Shown here one piece after another: positions 11,390 to 23,101 of a DNA stretch of 38,184 nt. The stretch comes from Octopus sinensis (lineage: Eukaryota). Under the pieces are notes generated by a model that did no database searches, was not told where the DNA came from, and saw nothing but the letters and a program-made list of their open reading frames with translations. Position numbers and translations under genes: made by a program. Location of the stretch: assembly GCF_006345805.1 (NCBI RefSeq), contig NW_021832600.1:1-38184 (forward strand), read 5' to 3'. The first letter of the stretch is position 1; the number at the start of each line of letters is the position of its first letter.

Positions 11390-11534
11390 ATATGTCTATG
11401 TTTGGAAATCCGTCCACCACAATTTCAGATTTTTTATTGCGTTTTTGGTATCTGATATAACAAAAAAAAGCGTCGCAGTTAAGCTTGTTTTTTGTTTTAG
11501 AAGAATGTGAGAAATCTAACGCGAATTCCGTCTT
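11390..11534 (+). repeat. ~145-bp direct repeat, copy 2
   Basis: See copy 1. Confidence 0.9.
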
Positions 11535-11547
11535 CTTCGGGTGATTA

Positions 11548-11748
11548 TGGTAACTTTTCTCTTCAAAAAAGATTTGGTAAATGTTTTAAAAAAAAGGTTT
11601 GGTAAATATTCTTTAAAAAAGGTTTTGTAACTGTTGGAAAAAAATGGTTTGGTAACTGTTCTTGAAAAAAAAAAGGTTTGGTAACTGTTCTTGAAAAAAA
11701 AATGGTTTGGTAACTGTTCTTGAAAAAAAAATGGTTTGGTAACTGTGT
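11548..11748. repeat. Minisatellite, about 8 units of 25-30 bp (TTTGGTAACTGTTCTTG-A(n)-TGG)
   Basis: Direct observation; units are more degenerate toward the left. Confidence 0.9.
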
Positions 11749-11977
11749 TGCCTAACTGGAGGAACGTACGTTGCTTGAAGTCATAAATGTGCTGTATGAC
11801 ATAACGTGACTATTGTTAAAGGATGTTGCTAATGTCGATTATTTTAAATAGTGAATGTCGCTCAGTTTTCTGTTTTTATTCGGTTAATACTCTGTTGTTT
11901 TATTGTTTAGTTTGTATCAGTTGCCTTTTATTTCTGCTGCAGTCAGTTATTTATTCTATTCAGGACTAAAGGCTTCC

Positions 11978-12023
11978 TGCTACTACTACTACTACTATAC
12001 TACTACTACTACTACTACTACTA

Positions 12024-12070
<47 letters not shown>
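11978..12070. repeat. (CTA)n microsatellite
   Basis: Direct observation. Confidence 0.95.
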
Positions 12071-12329
12071 CGATTTTACTGTTCCTCGACTCACATGAAA
12101 ACAAACTCGCTCTTGAAATTAGTTCAATAACCGGAGACAAATGCAGAAAACAATGCACCAAACACGTACAAACGCTTCACTCTCTAATGACATTTAACGA
12201 AGGCACAGAATAATTTCTGCCTTTATGATAACATATTTAATGCATTATGGAGCTAAAGTCACGAGTTGTGGGGATATGTGTGTGTGTGTGAGTGTGTGAG
12301 TCGATGAATGTTTGTATATAGAGAGATAT

Positions 12330-12345
12330 GTATGTATGTATATAT

Positions 12346-12377
<32 letters not shown>

Positions 12378-12416
12378 CATATAAGTTGTAGCTCAGTGGA
12401 CTGTACATTGAGATAT

Positions 12417-12472
<56 letters not shown>

Positions 12473-12652
12473 TATATATATGTATATAAATATATATATA
12501 TAAACATATATATATGTATATATATATATATATAATATATACATACATACATATACATACACATACACAGATATATAAACATATATGTATATGTATATAT
12601 GTATGTATATACATACATATATAAACATACATATCTACATACATACATACAT

Positions 12653-12697
<45 letters not shown>

Positions 12698-12705
12698 ATA
12701 TATAC
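12330..12705. repeat. (TA)n/(ACAT)n microsatellite block
   Basis: Direct observation. Confidence 0.95.
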
Positions 12706-13024
12706 ACTTCAGGGTTGCAAAATATATCAATATATATAATGCAAGCATCATCTGATGCAAAATTCAGTCGCGTAGGTAAGAGTTGTTATTTACATTTATT
12801 ACATCAAAGGGTGATCGTGTCCACTGAGGTTTGCTCTTAGCTCAGCTGTTTACGACCATTGGAAGGATCAAAGAGTTTATAGTTTAAAAAATAAGAAGAA
12901 GCTGACCTTAGATGTGCCCCTGTGTGGCTGAGGTGACAAATGTCTTTCGCAACTCATTTAATGATGTAGGGATTACATTGGAAAGTGATCAAAGTATATG
13001 TCTAGGTTATGATAATCCTGCTCT

Positions 13025-13064
<40 letters not shown>

Positions 13065-13067
13065 ATA

Positions 13068-13238
13068 TACGAAGGGATGTTGAAAAGTTTCTGACTTTTA
13101 GGGTGCCGCGAAAAAGGTCTGGTTGGAAGCCCAAACTTCCGGGTTCTCTTACAGGGCATAGAAAAACTGAAGGACGACTGCAATAAGTGTGTGAATCTGA
13201 GAAGGGAACATGCTAAATAAAGTCATAATTTACTGATA
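13068..13238 (+). mobile_element. Mariner-derived non-autonomous element, right TIR missing
   Basis: TA+CGAAGGGATGTTGAAAAGTTTCTGACTTT TIR. Internal LQGIEKLKDDCNKCVNLRREHAK* resembles the mariner transposase C-terminus. Same family as 28253-28934. Confidence 0.75.
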
Positions 13239-13280
13239 TATGGCCACAGCTCGTGAGCTGAAACTGGATAAAATATAAAA

Positions 13281-13462
<182 letters not shown>

Positions 13463-14215
13463 TGACACAAACACATGTGTACTCACACATATGCGTACAC
13501 GCACACATATACACACACACGATGCTGTCCACTCGTAACCGAGGAAGACCATCACTAACTATTGCCCATGCAAAATGTCAGTGATACCTGTGCGTGAGGT
13601 TATTGCACCCGCTGGCAGCTTCACTCGATTTCCACTCTCGCCGGTGCGCCCTCCTACTCGACTGGGCATCATAAAGTCGCGATTGTTCAACCTAAGATTT
13701 TAGATCCAATAAGGTTTGCACAAAACCTCACAGATCCTCTCCTCCCTACTGACATGATCCAGAGACAAGCCAGAGCAATACATCCAGTGCCAATATGAGT
13801 CGCAGGGTCAGGATTGTGGGAGCGCTATGATCACAATATCAAAAGTCCCTCAAAATGTTAAATGCCATTCCCCGCATGCCTGGTTTTATATCATAGCGAA
13901 CTTTTTCTAGAGACATGCTTTAACAAAAGCTGGTGAGTGCCTCACTCCTAGTGGTCTTCCAGCACACCGCACACCAACCCGGAATATCTGAGGGTCTATG
14001 CTGTTGCTGGATAATCGTTAAATCTACGCTAGGTTCATCCGATCTTTTGACAGGTCTTGTTATTAGTCTTGTCCTACTAGGTTTCTAGCAACGCTCCTCA
14101 CTAGGCAATCCGAGTGGAGGTGCCTGTTTAGTCGCCGACGACCTGACCATGCAACAGGTTGTACTGGATTCCATGTTATCATGAGCACTCATGAGAGACC
14201 TTACTTATGACACAG

Positions 14216-14252
<37 letters not shown>

Positions 14253-14423
14253 GGGGGAAGGGAGAGTGTATGTGTATGCATGTGGGGGGAGTCCGACGAT
14301 AGCATAGCTAGCCGAAACTTGGAAGTCACTGTCAACAACATTCTTGTATAAGGGGAATAAATTCTACAAAAGTATAGAGTAACTCATCAAATTAATATAA
14401 AATTGTTTTCATTACAAGTGAAA

Positions 14424-14471
<48 letters not shown>

Positions 14472-14489
14472 CGTATATATTTTATCATA

Positions 14490-14695
14490 TTGAACCGTTA
14501 TTCCGTCCACATTTTTTCTCTCTCTCCGTTTTCTTTCTTCGTTCTCTCTCCTTGTTTTCCTCTCAACTATTTCTGTTGAAGAGCGTACGCTCGAAATGTC
14601 AAAGACTTTTCCATTCTTCCCGAGCGTCAAACTAATACACCTGCTTATTGCTCACTCACTTGTGTTCATTTTTTTTGTTTTCTGTAAATTTGAAC
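14490..14695 (+). mobile_element. Second Penelope-like repeat with a variant hammerhead core
   Basis: CTGTTGA-A-GAGC-GTAC-GCTC-GAAA-TGTC at 14573-14600. Downstream GAGCGTC...AACTATAT parallels 2048-2255. Confidence 0.55.
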
Positions 14696-14710
14696 TATAT
14701 ATATATATAT

Positions 14711-15030
14711 CACGGTGATCACGGTGATCACGGTGACCGACCAGGCTATCAGATGTTGCTACACATCGCTGGTCACTATGCGCTTCGCATTGTTTTAGCC
14801 TTCAAGTGACGTCACCCCGCTGGCTAAGTGAGTAGGCCACCAGTAGAATGAGTGAGAGCGAGAGTTGTGGCGAAAGAGTACAGCAGGGATCGCCACCACC
14901 CCCTGCCGGAGCCTCGTGAAGCTTTAGGCGTTTTCACTCAATAAACACTCACAACGCCCGGTCTGGGAATCGAAACCGCGATCCTACGACCGCGAGTCTG
15001 CTGCCCTAACCACTGGGCCATTGCGCCTCC
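14711..15030 (-). mobile_element. tRNA-derived SINE family C, tail type 1 ending (CACCGTGAT)3
   Basis: Reverse complement starts GGAGGCGCAATGGCCCAGTGGTTAGGGCAGC (A-box) and has GGTTTCGATTCCC (B-box). Head shared with 24115-24506. Confidence 0.9.
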
Positions 15031-15058
15031 ACACACACACACACACACACACACACAC

Positions 15059-15115
<57 letters not shown>

Positions 15116-15134
15116 CAAGGATGTACAGGTGTCA

Positions 15135-15240
15135 ATACATTACGGCCGTTTCAAGCGACTCCATTTAATTGATCAATGAAAACATTACATCAATTTGAAA
15201 TAAACCGCTATCTTCAAACGCAGATGACCATATAGATTTC
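15135..15240 (-). repeat. Diverged interspersed repeat homologous to 29100-29205
   Basis: Shared AAATTGATGTAAT...CAATTAAATG.AGT.GC.TGAAAC in opposite orientation. Confidence 0.5.
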
Positions 15241-15669
15241 AAACACAAAGGCTAAACCATTTTAAACAAATTTACATCAATAATAGAACTGGAGATCTGT
15301 GCGGACTATACCAAACTGGCAAGGTGCCTCAATTTAAGTACCTAATTCAACTGAATCTTAATTATATATGTGTATGTACGCATGTATGTATGTATGTATG
15401 CTTTCTTTGTGAATTTTCAATATTACCCTAGGTTTCATGCATTATCATTCGCAATTTTCAAGTTTTCCACCTAAGAAAGATGGTATTCCGCCTCCGTTTT
15501 GGATTTGGTAGCCAAATGTGTGTATGTGTGTGTGTGCGCGAGTATGTGTGTATACATGTATTGTCGCTTGTTCCCGTTGTTTTATAAATATGTAGTTGAG
15601 TTGTTGCATATACCCGAGTGTGTGCATGTCTACGTGTATCCATGTTTATGTGTATATGGATACTTCTCA

Positions 15670-15765
15670 CTATTGGATATACGGTGTTGGTCAACGTACG
15701 TCTCCGAAACTTAAATGTTCGGCAAAAGAGAGCGATAGAGTTAATACCAGACTCACCAATGCCAG
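15670..15765 (+). mobile_element. Diverged SINE family B fragment
   Basis: GTTCGGCAAAAGAGAGCGATAGA matches the family B body. Confidence 0.55.
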
Positions 15766-16749
15766 AGTGTATTCGATCACCTAAACCCTTCGATCTGTCA
15801 GTAACTAAAACAAGTGAAAGACTATATGTGAGTGTATCTGTATGCTTGTGTGTGTGTACGCATTATGTATCTATACATACACACACACACATACATATAC
15901 GCATATATATGTATATATATATATATATATATACATACACACACATACATACACACACGCACACACACATGTATATACGTGTAAGATTCAGCTTTATTTC
16001 ATCTGTATTATTGATCAGATAATATTATTTCAATAGACAATATTAGAAACTTCCGAAACTTCCTACCTTCAATATCTTCACAAATAGCTTTCTTACTCCA
16101 CCCATCATCTTCTCTCTCCTCTTACTCTCCCACTTCAACTCAACCTACTTTCTTCTCCTCACACTATACTCTCCTCCTCCTCCTCTTCCTCCTCCGTGTA
16201 TTATCTCACATCTTCATTGTCTTCTTATATTTTGCCTTCATTTTATATAATATTTTTTTTTTTTACTTTTATTTCTCTGAAAGCAAATATAATTACGTAA
16301 AAAAAAAAATATTGTAAGCAAAAATATCTGATAAATTTGTTTTAACGTTCATTTTATTGAAATATTCCACTGACGAGTCATCTTCAATGTTCAGTTTCAA
16401 AATCTATATATGCATTCCAAACTTTAAACAAAAATTCGCTTTGCTTTATTACAGTTCTTTGTTACTTTTTTAAAAAATTTTCTTTTTGCAGACGACAATA
16501 TGGCTGCGATACTGAGACGTTACTTTCTATTGCCTTTCAAATATGGCTTATTAATTTTCCAAAATGCTAATTCTTCCTTTCATATCTCTCGTTCATTTGT
16601 TCTCCATTACGCACTTATTTTCTGACTGCTTTTTTTTTTTTTTTTCTAATTTTCATATTTTTCCATCTTTTCGCTTTTCTTCTTAAATTTCTATCATTCT
16701 TTCTCGTTTCTTTTCTTCGTCTCAGCAACGTCATATTTTGACATTCAAC

Positions 16750-16792
<43 letters not shown>

Positions 16793-16825
16793 CACCACCA
16801 CCACCACCACCACCACCACCACACC

Positions 16826-16863
<38 letters not shown>

Positions 16864-16990
16864 GACGACGACGACGACGACGAATACTACTACTACTACT
16901 ATACTACTACTACTACTACTACTACCACTGCTACTGCTGCTGCTGCTACTACTCCTACTATTATATATATATATATATATATATATACGC
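16750..16990. repeat. Compound (CTA)n-(CCA)n-(CGA)n-(TA)n microsatellite
   Basis: Direct observation. Confidence 0.95.
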
Positions 16991-17079
16991 ACAGTCTATT
17001 TTCCTCTTTGTATATATGTGCATATGTGTATGTGTGTACATAGAGAAACACACACATGTATATATGCATGCATGTATGT

Positions 17080-17195
17080 GCGTGTATATATATATATATA
17101 TTATATATATATTATATATATATATATATACATATATACATCTGAGTGTGTGAGAGTTGCGTAAGTAATGTATGGGTATATATATATATTATATA

Positions 17196-17235
<40 letters not shown>

Positions 17236-17240
17236 TTATA
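17080..17240. repeat. (TA)n microsatellite
   Basis: Direct observation. Confidence 0.95.
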
Positions 17241-17679
17241 TACACATACATCGCTTATGCAAGTCACATACGCACGTTCAAATATGATTTATTATCACAA
17301 ACCAGTTTATTTTAAAGTTAGCGACTCGGCAGTGATAGGCTTTTCATTACCAGTTAGTGAATTGAATAAAAAAAAGAACCTGTACACATTCGTATGAATT
17401 GTCAGAAATAGCAGCCAGATTCTTTCAAATCATATTGTAGAGCGAGTTTTCCTAAGCCGTACGTCTTTCTTTGTCATCTATGTTATCTACCAGGGGTCTC
17501 CAAAGTTTTCCAGCGGAGGGCCACATTGCTGAATTTTTAAAGCTACGGGGGCCAAGGTTCTAAATTATTTATTTTACCAAAATAATATAAATAAATAGTG
17601 AATTAATAATTAAAAAAGGTTATTTATTCAGTACATAATCACAATGTATATAATATCAGTAACAATTAACATGTTTTTT

Positions 17680-19505
17680 TTAACTTTGATCAATAGGGGA
17701 AACATGAAATTGTTTCATTTCTGACAAAATTTTGTCCAACTGAGGTTCAAAATGAGTGGTTCCAATAACAAGCAATGCATTTAAATGTTCATCAGACAAT
17801 TGTGATCTGTAGCAGGATTTTGTGTATTTCATCTTTGAAAAAGTCTTCTCACACAAATATGTGGTGCCAAAAACTGAAATGAATTCACAGGCAAACCTCC
17901 TTAAATGAAGAAATTGGTCGGATGGAAGGCATTTGTAGAATTCAATCAAATTTCCCTCTTTATATTTGTCCTTCAGGATGTCATTGGATTGCAAATCAAT
18001 AACTTCCATTTGTAACTCAGAAGGTAAGTCTCCAATAACAGAGTTAAATGGATTTTCAAAATTCTTAGTTTTGAAGAACATGCATCAAGATCAGAAAAAC
18101 GTTCTTCAAACTGTTGTTTCAAAGCTAAAATGACATCTTGAGCAAACAAGTTTGGAAATGGAGTGGCAGCTTCCTGTCTATATTTGTCACATCGTGAAAA
18201 ATGAGTAAAGCAGCTTCTTGTTAACTGACTTTCAAATAGTATTAATTTCTTACGAAAAGCTTTCACCTTTGAGTACAAATCACAGATGAGTGAAGTTTCA
18301 CCTTGTATCCGTAGGTTGAAATCATTGAGATGCATAGTTAAATCGGCTGAAAATGCTAATTTCCAGAGCCATTCACTGTCTTTGAGCAACACCTGTGAAT
18401 GGTTTTTCTCATTTAAAAATATTTCAATTTCAGTTCGAAGCTCAAAAAATCAGCCAAAATTTTTCCATAGCTAAGCCATCTTACTGAAGTATAGTAAGGT
18501 AGGTCTGGAAACTCAGCATTCATTTCCTCCAAGAAATCACGAAATTGGCGATGTTTGAGTCCATGAGATCTTATGTAGTTAACAGTGGAAATCACAGATC
18601 TAATACAGATGATAAATCAAGATGCTTTCCACACAGTGCTTGCTGATGAAGAATACAATGCAATACCAAAGGTTTCAATCCACCGGAATTCTCAATTACT
18701 TTGTTAATTTGCCCAACTAAGCCCTTTTTGGTTCCACACATATTTCTGCCACCATCTGTTGTTATGCATTTTAGTTTTTTCCATTCCAAATTATACTCAG
18801 CCACTGACTTTTCCACTTCTCTAAAAATATCTATGTTTTGTTGTTCCATGCATGCTGTGCACAGATACAAGTTCCTCAGTAATCTCAAATTGGCATTTAT
18901 TCCTCTGATGAACAATAACAATTGGGATGTGTCTGATACATCAATTGACTCATCAAGTGCAACAGAAAAGCATACAAAATTGCTGGCTTTGTCTTTTAGC
19001 TGTGATTTATATTTCTTTCAATATGTTCAACCCTACGAGCAACAGTGTTCGCAGAAAGACTAATTGCGGAAAATAAATCTACGTTTTCTGGACACATTTC
19101 CTTAGCTACCTCATTCAAGCACTTTTTAATAAGTTCACCATCTGTAAATGGCTTACCTTTCTTCGCCAAAAGGTTAGCAACATGGAAGCTTGCTCTTGTT
19201 GCTCTCTCTTTTTCTACAGCCTTCTTCTTGAAAACAAACTGCATTGATGATAAATTCTTCTTTAATTTGTCAAATTTCTCTTTACGTAGCTGTCCAATGA
19301 ATTGGTAGTACTGTGATGAATGCTTTTTTTCATAATGTCTCCGAATGTTGTACTCTTTAAGTACTGCAATTGTGTCGGTGCATATAACGCATAGTGCCTT
19401 GTTGTTTGACTCTATGACAAAATAGTCTATGTTCCATTGTTCCTTAAAAACTCTACACTCAGAGTCGATTTTTCGTTTTCTTCCTTGAGCTAACATTTTT
19501 ACCAT
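17680..19505 (-). pseudogene. hAT transposase (GTF2IRD2/ZBED-like, ~600 aa) with about 6 frameshifts
   Basis: N-terminal BED-like CVIC...RRHYEKKH; catalytic D in FSVALDESID; second D in CITTDGGRNM; CxxH motif HCILHQQALC; VRWLS; E in LCEKTFSKMK within the C-terminal dimerisation domain. Split over ORFs 18996-19568, 18592-18921, 18413-18595, 17973-18392 and 17680-18081. Confidence 0.92.
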
Positions 19506-19609
19506 GGGTCGACAGATTTTGCTCGACGATATATGTAAAAGGACGAAACAAGTAAAAACAATATTCACAGGTCACTCGATACGTGCATTCACTTCGGCAG
19601 CGAGGACGA

Positions 19610-19700
19610 CAAATGACTCACACTTGTGCACAACGAAAACGCCAAGTCTGTGCTGACTGACGGAATGCGCATCGAACTTTACTCCACGCTGATTGGCGAC
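19610..19700 (-). promoter_or_regulatory. Possible transposase promoter elements (CCAAT box, AP-1-like TGACTCA)
   Basis: CTGATTGGC at 19689-19697 (CCAAT on the minus strand) and TGACTCA at 19614-19620, 110-190 bp upstream of the ATG. Motif match only. Confidence 0.25.
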
Positions 19701-20582
19701 TGCACCAGGATTAGAAACCACCACACACGTCAGGCTCAACCCTCTCTATTCATCGCTCGTGAGATGTAGGTAACATCGATAAATCGATATTTGTCTTCTT
19801 TTATTATACTAGGCACGGGACTTTTATTAACGTCATACTTGTCGTATCTGCTCTCTCGACAGTTGACGGAATAGGTTGACTTTTCTGCGACATCAATAAA
19901 GCTAGAAATTGAATCTCTGCTTCATTGTAAGCAGCACCATCCATCTCACTGACAATTGCCTATTATCTAAGATGAATGATAGGTAGCTCCATAGCGAAGT
20001 TAATTCAATTTATGGTGGTTCTGATGGGTCAGTTAAAACGGGGGGAGTGGAAAAGAACCTATATTTACACTAAAGTTTAGTGTATAAATTTTTAATTCGC
20101 CGGCGCAATTTAAAGACATTAATTGATGGCAAATCAATTAGCGTCGTCTTGCGTCTATTTGCTGTACTATATTTGTCAAACGTATTAAAAGGGGTGTAAA
20201 GTATATTTTTGTTTTGTATGATTTCGGCAAGGCTTGTTTTTCGACATTTGTTTTATAATTTTGGAGGACAGCTCGGCGGGCCGGATTAAAAACCTTGGCG
20301 GGCCGAATCCGGCCCGCGGGCCGTACTTTGGAGACCCCTGTTATCTACTATCATAGATGATGTCGTTACTCTTGGAAGTTCAGGCCGGCCTATACAAGCA
20401 TGCGTGTGTAGTCATGTATGTATGTAGGAATGTATACTTGTTAATCTGAGGGGAGTCAATGTGAGCAGCAACTAAAGGAACATTACAAAATCCACAGAAA
20501 GATCAAACACATACCTATATTCATATATTCATTTATATCTACAGAACAGATATAAAGTCCGACGTTTAAAAATATAATAATA

Positions 20583-20723
20583 TAAGGTTGTCCCAAAAGT
20601 TCGGAGAAAGTCTTGGAAAATAATGGTCTTTATTTTGAGGAATAATTTTTGTTGTTTTTGTTAGTACTTGGCGAGTAAAAATTCAATTTTCGCAAGTGTT
20701 TACGAACTTTTGGGACAACCTAA
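20583..20723. mobile_element. Small mariner-type MITE (MADE-like, ~141 bp)
   Basis: TIRs TAAGGTTGTCCCAAAAGTTCG and reverse complement TTAGGTTGTCCCAAAAGTTCG. TA on the left, TG on the right. Confidence 0.75.
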
Positions 20724-21523
20724 TGTATAAATAAATAAACATCATATAAATATATAAGAATCAGTGTTGAACATATAACACGTTGAATTTACGCTTAAAA
20801 TCATAAAACATTTGGTAAAAATTTGTTAAATTAAAAGATTTGGAGCAATATTTGTGGGAATGTATATGCATGTTTTTTTCTTTAAGTTTTCTTTAAGTTC
20901 CCCTTAATGGCTTTCAATCCGGTCGTCAACAAAGGGACAAGAGTATTGTCGCTTGTTCCCATTGTTTGTAAATATGTAGTTGAGTTGTCCTTGCATATAC
21001 CCGAGTGTGTGCATCTATTCTTCTAAAAAATCTCAAATGGAGACTCTTTGGAATGTCTTACAAATCTTGGATTTGGAGAATGTACATTAGTTTCTTTTGT
21101 TCTTTCTTCCAAAGCGTAGTATTGCTAGGTTTTTGAGTAAATTTGTAGGTACATAACTTAATGCATAGGTACAAATGCGAATTTATAGTCAGTGTACAAG
21201 GGCTGTAAGTTCTGCATTAATTCCCCCTAATGTTCTCTTTTTATCGGGTTTTTGATGGTACATTCACATCCACTTGGCAGCTGACATCTGCAACAGTGCA
21301 TCACGTTTGTCCCCTGTCAATATAAGTCCTATTATGTCTGCACCGAATTGTTGCTTTTATTGGTTCTAACATGCCTTTGATGTATACGTCAGGGCTGCCC
21401 TTCCTGCAGATAGTGTTGTAAATAGTCTTTGCAACTATATTATTCCTCGGGGGCAGATAGTATTTCGTAGACATTTTGGGGTAGCTGTTGAATAAGTAGG
21501 TGATATCTTCCACACTAGTATAG

Positions 21524-22181
21524 GCGGCGAGCTGGCAGAATCGTTAGCACGCCGGGCGAAATGCTGAGCGGTATTTCGTCAGCCGCTACGTTCTGAGTTC
21601 AAATTCCGCCGAGGTCGACTTTGCCTTTCATCCTTTCGGGGTCGATTAAATAAGTACCAGTTATGCACTGGTGTCGATATAATCGACTTAATCCGTTTGT
21701 CTGTCCTTGTTTGTCCTCTCTGTGTTTAGCCCCTTGTTGTTGGCATCCTTTTTGTCTCGGGAGACAATGGAGTTGCGCATAAAGTAGTCTAGTCCGGCTT
21801 TTACATTTCATGTCCTGATACATTTCCTGCTGTGGCTGTGTAGTCCCATCCTGGACAAACACTCCCTATGGCAGGTACCGCAAATGTAGCGAAGACTGTT
21901 CCTGGCTGGTTGTAATGCCATAGTCTCTTGTTGACGTCTTTTCTTGTCTTTCCATTTCTCCTCTCTCTCTCTGTCACTCCTTTGTATTCCCTCTCTTACG
22001 GTACGTCGCCAGTCTCCACGGTTGCCGGCAACTGCCTCCCAACCGCTAATATTGATGTTGCAGGCCTTCATGTCCCTTTTGCAAACATCCTTGTAACGTA
22101 AGAGCGGTCTACCCACAGACCTAGTACCCCTAGCAAGCTCTCCGTAGAGTATGACCTTGTATGTGGGGAGTAAAGAAATAG
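21524..22181 (+). mobile_element. SINE family A inserted in the R4-like LINE; its tail is interrupted by an RTE fragment
   Basis: Head at 21524, body to 21737, tail remainder GTGGGGAGTAAAGAAATAG at 22162-22181. TSD GTATAG at 21518-21523 and 22182-22187. Confidence 0.85.
21738..22161 (-). mobile_element. 5'-truncated RTE (BovB-like) LINE, 3' end
   Basis: KVILYGELARGTRSVGRPLLRYKDVCKRDMK...CGTCHRECLSRMGLHSH (C2H2-like terminal motif); 3'UTR CCATTGTCTCCCGAGAC...GGATGCCAACAACA tail. Confidence 0.88.
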
Positions 22182-23039
22182 GTATAGCAGAGCCGATATT
22201 TTCTATTACAACGTGGAGGTTGGTGGTATCTTTGTCTCTCTTCTTGGTCCGGTATCTAATAGCTAACTCCTGTTCCAGAATAATGAAGGCATATTCTTCT
22301 AGGTCGAATGTAATGTATCTGTCACAGGTCTAGAAGAAGCTACTCCATCTGTCTATACTGTTGTTATCCTCTAGCTTACGAGATGTGAACCCATGCATTG
22401 CTTATTGCTGGTATGATGCCTACTTCTCCTCGAAGCTTCTGTTTAGATAGGCCAGTCCAGCCTACTTCGGGCTACATGAGGAAGCTGTATTCTCAGAGTA
22501 CCTACCCAGTAGTTCTTTCCCAACTCTGAAGATTTTGTTGCTCTCATTTTTGAGTATGAATGTAATGTACTCATTACCTTACATTTCAGGAGGTGTTGTC
22601 TGAGTAATACAGTGCGATATTTAAGGGCTGTTTGGACTCACCTTACTCATTGGCTGCCATTTATTTGTCTCACATAGATCCTAACGATGGTACCTAATTA
22701 GTGCTCGCAGCGAAAACCACAAAGTTTGGTGAGGTGCTTGTCATATTATATACTACATACTGTATATTATATATGCGTGTATGTGTGTATGCCGAGATTC
22801 ATATATACCAATTAGGATTGCTGCTTATTATAATTACTGTAACGTAGTTGGAATTCTGCACGCTACGCTATCCGGGGGTGGTGGGTGACCCTCGTTTAAT
22901 CGCGTTAGGTATAGGAGCGTAGTGCAGAATATTCTAGCAAACTCGAACCTGTGGTTGAGCCTCGCGACTTGTAGTGTATTTTTTACTGTACCATACTCTA
23001 TCTATCTTTCTATCTGTCTGTTTGTTTGTCTGTCTGTCT

Positions 23040-23044
23040 ATATG

Positions 23045-23101
<57 letters not shown>

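Larger units (their letters stand above)
17491..20340 (-). mobile_element. Full-length hAT DNA transposon (Buster/Charlie group), 2850 bp
   Basis: Perfect 16-bp TIR CAGGGGTCTCCAAAGT at both ends. Perfect 8-bp TSD TTATCTAC (17483-17490 and 20341-20348). GCGGGCCG x3 subterminal repeats (20276, 20298, 20316). Internal transposase. Confidence 0.97.
21033..22680 (-). mobile_element. Degenerate R4/Dong-clade non-LTR retrotransposon, 3' part (zinc knuckle and RLE), split by a SINE
   Basis: Manual translation: MHGF...LEEYAFIILEQELAIRY...CNRKYRLC|YTSVEDITYLFNSYPKMSTKYYLPPRNNIVAKTIY...RHNR...CTVADVSCQVDVN...GELMQNLQPLYTDYKFAFVP...KICKTFQRV. These are R4-like motifs. The left boundary is the stop codon; the upstream boundary is approximate. 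Confidence 0.75.

Noticed and set aside
13540-14215. GC-richer stretch reminiscent of a retroelement 5' region
   Set aside because: No diagnostic motif, TSD or tail could be identified.
16492-16625. Plus-strand acceptor TTTTCTTTTTGCAG followed by a short ATG ORF (MAAILRRYF...)
   Set aside because: No good donor, a 41-codon ORF in T-rich sequence, and no homology.
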